Shown in pieces: positions 25,643 to 32,000 of a DNA stretch of 32,000 bases. A program made the translations under genes and the position numbers. Location: assembly GCA_028279805.1 (NCBI GenBank), contig JANQMZ010000007.1, forward strand, positions 30,001 to 62,000, given 5' to 3'. The stretch comes from an archaeon. Its GTDB lineage: Archaea; Iainarchaeota; Iainarchaeia; Iainarchaeales; JANQMZ01. The notes beneath the pieces are model-generated. The model saw only the letters and a program-made list of their open reading frames with translations, was not told where the DNA came from and did no database searches. Numbering within the stretch: position 1 is the stretch's first letter; each line of letters begins with the position of its first letter.

Positions 25643-26413
25643 ATGCAGTCAACAAAAGAACTTAGAAAATATTATACCGAGGAATATTTTTCAAAAATTA
25701 ACCGTGGTTCAAAAGAGTTTGAAAAATTTAAAGCTGAAAAACTTCCCAAAGAATTAATTGAAAGCTTGCTTCTTTTAAATCCTAAAAAGAATGAAAAAAT
25801 TTTGGACGTGGGTTGTGGCAGGGGGGAAATGGTTTTTGCATGCAAACAAAAAGGAGCTAAAGCTTTTGGAATTGATTTTTCTTTTAATGCTTTAAAATTC
25901 GGAAAAAAACTTGGTTTAAAAAATCTTGTTCAGGCGGACGCAATCAGCCTGCCTTTTAAAAATAATTCTTTTGACAAAATTGTTTTTTTGGAGGTAATTG
26001 AACATATTCCAAAAGAACTTGAACACCAGTTATTGTCAGAATTAAATCGTGTTTTGAAAAAAAACGGCTTGCTTGTTATTACCACAGCCCCTAATGCGTT
26101 TGTTGCAAAACCTTTGTATTTTGTTGCAAAACTTTTGGGAATGAAACGAGGCTTGAATGAACAGATTCATGTTAATGAAAAAACTTTTTTTTCTTTGGCA
26201 AATAGTTTAAAAAAAGCCAATTTTAAGCCAAAAGTCTGGGTTGAATTTGATGCGGAATGGTTTAAGGCTGCTGTCGGCGGAAAAAAGGGCCAGAGTTTTT
26301 TTAACCTTTTTTTGCCTTTTTTAAGGTGGAAACCGCTTGGTTTCCTGGTTGATAAAACTCCTCTTTCAATTTTTTTAGGAATACATGTTTTTGCCGTTTC
26401 AAAAAAGCTTTGA
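25643..26413 (+). CDS. Class I SAM-dependent methyltransferase
   Basis: ILDVGCGRGEM (motif I), acidic motif II and LVITT (post-II). The start is ATG 25643, or GTG 25637 overlapping the upstream stop. Confidence 0.8.
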   Translation: MQSTKELRKYYTEEYFSKINRGSKEFEKFKAEKLPKELIESLLLLNPKKNEKILDVGCGRGEMVFACKQKGAKAFGIDFSFNALKFGKKLGLKNLVQADAISLPFKNNSFDKIVFLEVIEHIPKELEHQLLSELNRVLKKNGLLVITTAPNAFVAKPLYFVAKLLGMKRGLNEQIHVNEKTFFSLANSLKKANFKPKVWVEFDAEWFKAAVGGKKGQSFFNLFLPFLRWKPLGFLVDKTPLSIFLGIHVFAVSKKL

Positions 26414-26479
26414 ATTTGTACCAATAAAGTATAAAAACCGTAAAACATTGTTATTAAAGAGCATTTTTGGGTTTCAAAC

Positions 26480-27982
26480 ATGGTTGTAAAAGATTTTAAG
26501 GTAATGACTTTAAACCCGCCTTTTCATCCGAAATTTTCAAGGTCTTCAAGGAGTCCTGCTGTTTCAAAAGGTGGCTGTGTATATTACCCCATTTGGATTG
26601 GTTATACTACAGGAGTTTTGGAACAAAACAATGTTCCTGTTAAATTGTTTGATGCTCCGGCTGAATCACGTGGCCTGGAAGAATCTTTGCACATTATTAA
26701 GGATTACAATCCTGATTTGATTGTAATGGATTCAACAACTGCAAGTATTGCAAACGATTTGCATGTTGCAAATGAAATTAAAAAAATTCTTCCCGATGCT
26801 TTTATTGTTTTTGTAGGAACTCATCCGACCGCGGTTCCTTTTGAAGTGTTAAAATCTTCAAAAAATGTTGATGCTGTTGCTTTAAGCGAACATGAACACA
26901 CTATCCGCGATTTATCTTTTGCTTTGCGTGACGGAAAACCTGTTGCAGATGTTGCCGGATTGGTTTACAGAACAACAAATTCAAAAGGAGAAGAAGAATT
27001 TGAAATAAGTCCTAAAAGAGAACCAGCTTCAGGTGAAGAACTTGATAAAATGCCTTTTGTTTCAGAAGTTTATTCAAGACATTTGAATATTAAAAATTAT
27101 TTTTACCCGTCAGTTTTGTATCCTGAGGTTACAATTATTACCGGTCGTGGTTGTCCTTTCAGATGCACTTTTTGTGTTTATCCTCAGACAATGGGCGGAC
27201 ATGAATACCGTGTAAGAAGCCCTGAAAATGTTGTTGACGAATTTGAATGGATTTTTGAAAACCTGGATGTTAAGGATATTATGATTGAAGATGACACGTT
27301 TACAGCTAACAGGGAACGCATTAACAAAATTTGTGATTTGATTGTTGAAAGAGGTTTGCAGGATAAAGTTACGTGGACCTGCAATGCCCGTGCTGATGTT
27401 GATCTGGATACTTTGAAAAACATGAAAAGGGCGGGATGCAGATTGCTTTGTGTTGGTTTTGAATCCGGGGAACAGGAAATTTTAAACAATGTTAAAAAAG
27501 GCACCCAATTGCAGATTATAAGGCAGTTTATGAAAGACACTAAAAAGGCAGATGTTTTGGTGCACGGCTGTTTTATGCTTGGAAACAAGGGTGAAACAAA
27601 GCAGACAATCAGAACAACAATTGAGTTTGCAAAAGAATTAGAACCGGATACGGCTCAATTTTTTCCCATAATGGTTTATCCGGGCACTGAAGCTTATGAT
27701 TATTTTAAAAAAGAGGGGCTGATTAAAGCAGAAAGTTATGGTGACTGGCTTGACAAAGAGGGCAACCATAATACAATTATTTCAAGACCCGGCCTGACTG
27801 ATAAAGAGCTTGTTGAATTGTGTGACCGGGGCAGATGGGAGTTTTATATGCGTCCAAAATATGTTCTGAGAAAAATCTGGCAGGGCATTACGCATCCCAA
27901 AGAGTTTCCGCGTTTGTTAAAATCAAGCAAAAGTTTTTTCAAATATTTGTTGCTTGGCTCTGAAAGTGTCAGAACTAATTAA
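26480..27982 (+). CDS. B12-binding-domain radical SAM enzyme (class B; possibly HpnJ-like)
   Basis: 500 aa. The N-terminal Rossmann-like region (DLIVMDSTTAS...IVFVGTHPTA) is followed by TGRGCPFRCTFCVYP (CxxxCxxC). LNPPF...SRSSRSPAVSKGGCVYYPIWIGY, GGHEYRVRSPE, TWTCNARAD and LCVGFESGEQEIL resemble my recollection of the HpnJ subfamily. This is unverified. Confidence 0.8.
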   Translation: MVVKDFKVMTLNPPFHPKFSRSSRSPAVSKGGCVYYPIWIGYTTGVLEQNNVPVKLFDAPAESRGLEESLHIIKDYNPDLIVMDSTTASIANDLHVANEIKKILPDAFIVFVGTHPTAVPFEVLKSSKNVDAVALSEHEHTIRDLSFALRDGKPVADVAGLVYRTTNSKGEEEFEISPKREPASGEELDKMPFVSEVYSRHLNIKNYFYPSVLYPEVTIITGRGCPFRCTFCVYPQTMGGHEYRVRSPENVVDEFEWIFENLDVKDIMIEDDTFTANRERINKICDLIVERGLQDKVTWTCNARADVDLDTLKNMKRAGCRLLCVGFESGEQEILNNVKKGTQLQIIRQFMKDTKKADVLVHGCFMLGNKGETKQTIRTTIEFAKELEPDTAQFFPIMVYPGTEAYDYFKKEGLIKAESYGDWLDKEGNHNTIISRPGLTDKELVELCDRGRWEFYMRPKYVLRKIWQGITHPKEFPRLLKSSKSFFKYLLLGSESVRTN

Positions 27983-28018
27983 TTTTTTTTTAATTTTTTT
28001 TATTTTAAGGTGTGATTT

Positions 28019-28987
28019 GTGGATGCAAGCATAATTGTCCCTGTTTTTAATGCTGAAAAAACAATTGCATCCTGTTTGACTTCTTTGCAGAATCAAAATT
28101 TTTCAGGAAAATTTGAAATAATTGTTGTGGATGACGGTTCAACTGATAATTCTTTAAATGTTGTTAAAAATTTTAAAAAAATAAAAATTTTAAAGCAAAA
28201 AAATTCAGGTCCGGCTGTTGCCAGAAATTTTGGAGCTCAAAAAGCTTCCGGAAAAATTATTGTTTTTGTTGATTCTGATTGTGTTGCTTCAGAATACTGG
28301 TTAAAAGAAATGTTAAAACCTTTTCAAAATCCAAATGTTGCAGGTGTGCAAGGTGCTTACAAAACAAAACAAAAAGAATTTATGGCAAGATTTATTCAGA
28401 TTGAAATTGAATCACGTTATGAAAGGCTTAAAAGAATAAAATCAACTGACTGGATTGGTTCTTACTCAGCTGCTTATCGTAAAAAAATTTTTTTAAAAGA
28501 GCATGGCTTCAGCTCGGATTTTAAACAGGCTTCCGGTGAGGATCCCGAATTGTCTTACAAATTAAACAAAAAAGGACACCAACTTGTATTCAATTCAGAT
28601 GCAATTGTTTTTCATCAGCATCCTGTTTCATTTTTTCATTATTTGAAGAAAAAATTTACACATGCTTACTGGCGCATTTTGTTATACAAAAAGCATTCTG
28701 ATAAAATGGTTCGTGATTCTTACACACCTCAAACTCTTAAAATACAGCTTTTTGCCATTTTAGCCTTTATTTTGTTCACTTTTTTGTCATTTTTTGCCCC
28801 TATTGCATCTTTTTTTGGCTATTTGGCGTTAATTTTGCTTGTTTTAAGCATGCTTCCCTTTGTTTTTTTTGCTATTTCAAAAGATTTTGCGGTCGGATTT
28901 TTATCACCCCTGCTGATTCTGGCGAGAAATTTTGTTTTTTTAACCGGGCTTTTAACAGGTTTTATTTCTTCTCAAAGGCGGTTTTAA
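28019..28987 (+). CDS. GT2-family glycosyltransferase with a multi-TM C-terminal region
   Basis: IVPVFNAEKTI, VDDGSTDNS, FVDSDC and SGEDPEL. The last 90 aa or so are hydrophobic with 2-3 helices. GTG start follows SD AAGGTG. Confidence 0.85.
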   Translation: MDASIIVPVFNAEKTIASCLTSLQNQNFSGKFEIIVVDDGSTDNSLNVVKNFKKIKILKQKNSGPAVARNFGAQKASGKIIVFVDSDCVASEYWLKEMLKPFQNPNVAGVQGAYKTKQKEFMARFIQIEIESRYERLKRIKSTDWIGSYSAAYRKKIFLKEHGFSSDFKQASGEDPELSYKLNKKGHQLVFNSDAIVFHQHPVSFFHYLKKKFTHAYWRILLYKKHSDKMVRDSYTPQTLKIQLFAILAFILFTFLSFFAPIASFFGYLALILLVLSMLPFVFFAISKDFAVGFLSPLLILARNFVFLTGLLTGFISSQRRF

Positions 28988-28988
28988 T

Positions 28989-30104
28989 ATGAAAGTTTTG
29001 CATGTTTCAAACGGTTTTTGGCCGTGTGTAGGCGGCATTGAAAGAGTTTCACTTGATTCATGTATTGCTCTTAAAAAAATTGGAGTGAACACAAGCGCTT
29101 TGGCTTTTAACGGCTGCCATGACTCCAAAAAAATTTTCCCTTCAACCGAAAAAATTCACGGAATTGAAATTGAAAGAGTTCCGGTTATACGGTTTCCCTA
29201 CTATCCTTTTTCGGTTTTTTCTCCGAACAGGTTTAAAAAATTTGATGTTATTCATGTTCACGGAATAGGTTTTTTTTCAGATTTTTTTATTTTCACAAAA
29301 TTTTTGCACAAAAAACCTGTTGTTGTAAACACTCATGGCGGATTTTTTCATACTAAAAATATTTCTTTTCTTAAAAAAATTTATTTTAACTTTTTTCAGA
29401 AATTTTTGTTAAAAAAAGCTGATTTAATTTTGGCTGACAGTGATAATGATTTTAATATTTTTTCAAAAATTGTTCCAAAAAATAAAATTAAGCTTTTTTT
29501 TAACGGAGTAAATGTTGAAAAATTTTTAAAACTTGGAAAGAAAAAAGCAAAAAGCCAGTTTGTTTTTGTCGGGCGTTTAAGCAAAAATAAAAGAATTGAT
29601 TTGCTGTTAGATTCAATGCATCAGTTGTCACAATTTGAAAAAAATTTTAAACTTTTTATTGTTGGAAAAGATTTTGATTTTATTTTACCGGAACTTAAAC
29701 AAAAAGTAAAACAATTAAAACTTGAAAAAAATGTTAACTTTTTGGAACGTGTTTCAGACGAAAAACTTTTAAAACTTTTTTCAGATTCACAGTTTTTTAT
29801 TTCTTCCTCAGAATATGAGGGTTTTGGCGTTGCAGTTATTGAGGCAATGGCTGCGTCATGTGTTCCTGTTTTAAGCCCTATTCAAAATTTTAAGGTTTTT
29901 GTTCAGAACAATAAAAACGGTTTTATTGTAAATTTTTTTAATCCTATTGAAACCGGAAAATTTTTGGCAAAATTGCTGAAAAGAAAAAATTTTGAAAAAG
30001 TTTCAAAAAGTGCCAAATCTTCTGTTTTAAAATTTTCAATAAACTCTTATGCCCGGAATCTTTCAAAAATTTACAATAATTTGGTACAATTCTCAGATAA
30101 ATAG
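28989..30104 (+). CDS. GT4-family glycosyltransferase
   Basis: 371 aa. The C-terminal half carries SSEYEGFGVAVIEAMAASCVPVL (E-x7-E). The start is 1 nt after the upstream stop. Confidence 0.85.
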   Translation: MKVLHVSNGFWPCVGGIERVSLDSCIALKKIGVNTSALAFNGCHDSKKIFPSTEKIHGIEIERVPVIRFPYYPFSVFSPNRFKKFDVIHVHGIGFFSDFFIFTKFLHKKPVVVNTHGGFFHTKNISFLKKIYFNFFQKFLLKKADLILADSDNDFNIFSKIVPKNKIKLFFNGVNVEKFLKLGKKKAKSQFVFVGRLSKNKRIDLLLDSMHQLSQFEKNFKLFIVGKDFDFILPELKQKVKQLKLEKNVNFLERVSDEKLLKLFSDSQFFISSSEYEGFGVAVIEAMAASCVPVLSPIQNFKVFVQNNKNGFIVNFFNPIETGKFLAKLLKRKNFEKVSKSAKSSVLKFSINSYARNLSKIYNNLVQFSDK

Positions 30105-30158
30105 CTTTAAATTGCTTTAATAGCATAATTCTTTAACATTTGTTATATGCGTGATTTT

Positions 30159-31124
30159 ATGTCTAAAAATATTCTTATAACAGGAATAAACGGTTTTGTC
30201 GGTTCTCATTTGGCTGAATATGTTTTGAATAATAAGCTTGGAAATGTTATAGGCTTAAACAGGGATTTTAACACTTCTATTGAAAATATTGCCCAGATTA
30301 AAAATAAGATTGAATTGGTTGAATGTGATATTACTGATTCTCATCGTGTTGAATCTGTTGTTAAGGAAACAAAACCTGAACTTGTTTTTCATCTGGCTGC
30401 GCAGTCTTTTGTTCCGGCTTCATGGAACTCTCCTGTTGAAACAATGAATACAAATGTTTTAGGCTCTGTTAATCTTTTTGAAGCTGTAAGAAAATTTTCA
30501 CCTGAATCTGTTTTGCAGATTGCATGCAGCAGTGAAGAATACGGTTTTGTTAAGGAAACTGAATTACCCATAACTGAAGAACAACCTTTAAGGCCTTTAA
30601 GCCCTTATGGTGTCAGCAAAGTTTCAATGGATTTGCTTGGCTATCAGTATTTCAAAAGTTATGGTTTAAAGGTTGTGAGAACAAGAGCGTTTAATCACAC
30701 AGGCCCGAGGCGTGGTGAAGTTTTTGTTGTAAGTGACTGGTCTAAACAAATTGCTGAAATTGAAGCTGGTAAAAGAAAACCTTTAATAAAAGTGGGAAAC
30801 CTGGAAACAAAAAGAGATTTTTTGGATGTTAGGGATGTTGTTGAAGCTTATTACCTTGCAACACAAAAATGTGATGCCGGGGAAGCTTACAATATTTGTT
30901 CCGGTACAGCGTATCCTATGAAAGAATTGCTTAACATGCTTTTGGATTTATCTTCAGCTGACATTAAAACTGAAAAAGACCCTGCAAAAATGAGGCCATC
31001 CGATGTTCAGGTTTTGGTTGGAGATTCAGCAAAGTTCAGGGAAAAAACAGGCTGGAAACCAAAAATTGATTTCAAGCAAACTTTGAAAGACACTCTTGAA
31101 TACTGGCGTAACAGAGTCAAATAA
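30159..31124 (+). CDS. Extended-SDR of the GDP-mannose 4,6-dehydratase/reductase (GMD/Rmd-like) group
   Basis: MSKNILITGINGFVGSHL, SPYGVSK (YxxxK) and RAFNHTGPRRGEVFV resemble the NHxxPRRG motif of the GMD/Rmd clade. I cannot distinguish dehydratase from reductase or epimerase. Confidence 0.75.
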   Translation: MSKNILITGINGFVGSHLAEYVLNNKLGNVIGLNRDFNTSIENIAQIKNKIELVECDITDSHRVESVVKETKPELVFHLAAQSFVPASWNSPVETMNTNVLGSVNLFEAVRKFSPESVLQIACSSEEYGFVKETELPITEEQPLRPLSPYGVSKVSMDLLGYQYFKSYGLKVVRTRAFNHTGPRRGEVFVVSDWSKQIAEIEAGKRKPLIKVGNLETKRDFLDVRDVVEAYYLATQKCDAGEAYNICSGTAYPMKELLNMLLDLSSADIKTEKDPAKMRPSDVQVLVGDSAKFREKTGWKPKIDFKQTLKDTLEYWRNRVK

Positions 31125-31147
31125 GTTTTTGAAAAGTTGTTTTTGAA

Positions 31148-32000
31148 ATGAAAATTTTTTATTCTGCGTTGGATTTGTCAATTCCCGGCACTCATGGCGG
31201 TTCTTCTCATGCACTGGAAACAATTAACTCTCTTAAAAAACTTGGCCATGAAGTAATTGTTTTTTGCTCTAATTCAGGAAAACAGCCTTTTTTTGAGCAA
31301 AAAGAAAAAATCACTTTTTACCGTTTTCCTGTTCCCAATTCCGGTTTTTTTAAAATTTTTTTCATGGTTTTTTTGTCAACTGTTTTTGTCAAATATTGCT
31401 TGTTTTTTAAAAAAATTGATGTTATCTGGGAGCGTGCCAGAATTTTTGGAGGCATTGGAGTTTTTTTTGGAAATCTTTTCGGAAAAAAAACCATTTTGGA
31501 ATTAAATGAACCTGTAATTGCAGGTGCGCGAATCTCAAAAAAATTTAAACCAAATTCTTTTTTGTTTAAATCGTTAAAAAACTGGTTTCATTTTACCGCC
31601 AAAAAGGCTAACATTATCACAGTAACCCATTTGTCTCTGGCTAAAAATCTTTCGAAAGAAAAAGTTAAGCTAATAGGTTATGGTGCAAACCCTGAAACTT
31701 TTTCACCGGCTTTAAGATATTCAAATATCAGAAAAAAACTTAATTTGCATAAAGGGCAGACTGTTTTGTATTCAGGTTCTTTCAGGGAATGGCATGCTCT
31801 TAAAAAAATTGTTTTGTCTGCTGAAAAAATTGTTAAAGTTTTTCCGAAAGCAAAATTTTTGTTAATTGGTTCTGGTCCTGAATTTTTAAAAACAAGGCAA
31901 CTGGTTTTTGACAAAAATCTTCAGAACAATGTGTTATTTTTGGGCAAAATTCCGTATAAAAAAATGCCGCAATTTGTTAATGCATCCGATATTTGCCTTG
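31148..32000 (+). CDS. GT4-like glycosyltransferase, 5' partial (runs off the window end)
   Basis: Not in the ORF track because no stop falls inside the window. Hand translation from ATG 31148 is open to 32000: MKIFYSALDLSIPGTHGGSSHALETINSLKKLGHEVIVF...LYSGSFREWHALKKIV...KFLLIGSGPE...VLFLGKIPYKKMPQFVNASDICL. This is a GT-B/GT4-like layout. Confidence 0.7.
   Translation, partial: MKIFYSALDLSIPGTHGGSSHALETINSLKKLGHEVIVFCSNSGKQPFFEQKEKITFYRFPVPNSGFFKIFFMVFLSTVFVKYCLFFKKIDVIWERARIFGGIGVFFGNLFGKKTILELNEPVIAGARISKKFKPNSFLFKSLKNWFHFTAKKANIITVTHLSLAKNLSKEKVKLIGYGANPETFSPALRYSNIRKKLNLHKGQTVLYSGSFREWHALKKIVLSAEKIVKVFPKAKFLLIGSGPEFLKTRQLVFDKNLQNNVLFLGKIPYKKMPQFVNASDICL

Noticed and set aside
27184-27588. 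134-aa minus-strand ORF
   Set aside because: It is antisense to the radical SAM gene core, with no supporting motif.
31257-31505. 82-aa plus-strand ORF from the track
   Set aside because: It is out of frame within the longer open frame starting at 31148, which has GT4-like sequence and stays open to the window end.
1-32000. Possibility of an alternative genetic code (stop-codon reassignment), as seen in some small-genome lineages
   Set aside because: All recognised genes are full-length under the standard code, ending at TAA, TAG or TGA at the expected positions with no in-frame stops inside conserved domains.

Overview
AT-rich, tightly packed archaeal chromosome segment. The archaeal assignment rests on TBP, ribosomal protein eL21, RNA polymerase subunit Rpo4/F, AglB, GatD, Dph6 and an ATP-dependent DNA ligase. 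The low GC, Lys-rich proteins, orphan 5S rRNA and AMP phosphorylase suggest a small-genome DPANN-like lineage; that placement is inference only. The first 18 kb is mostly housekeeping. It holds a partial proS with tRNA-Pro(UGG) just upstream, lig, dph6, gatD, a pyrB-pyrC-pyrE-pyrF operon, an M20 metallohydrolase and AMP phosphorylase. It also holds the conserved archaeal rpl21e-rpoF-DUF655-ksgA operon, tbp and a stand-alone 5S rRNA. Three parts of that region are not housekeeping: a translationally coupled small-membrane/Cys-rich secreted protein pair (2217-3466), a compositionally atypical secreted DUF2341+LamG protein with a fibre-like C-terminus (12239-14260), and an unknown helical protein co-oriented with tbp (17406-17846). 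From 18.2 kb to the window end (about 14 kb, continuing beyond the edge) lies a glycosylation island. It starts with aglB, an Alg7/AglH-like GlcNAc-1-P transferase and a split Alg14/Alg13-like pair. It continues with GT4 and GT2 transferases, two extended-SDR sugar-nucleotide enzymes, a SAM methyltransferase and a B12-binding radical SAM enzyme. I see no CRISPR array, mobile element, integrase or recognisable defence system. The best candidates for new biology are the radical-SAM/methyltransferase/GT2 sub-module inside the glycan island and the atypical surface protein. All family calls come from motif recognition by eye; no searches were run.
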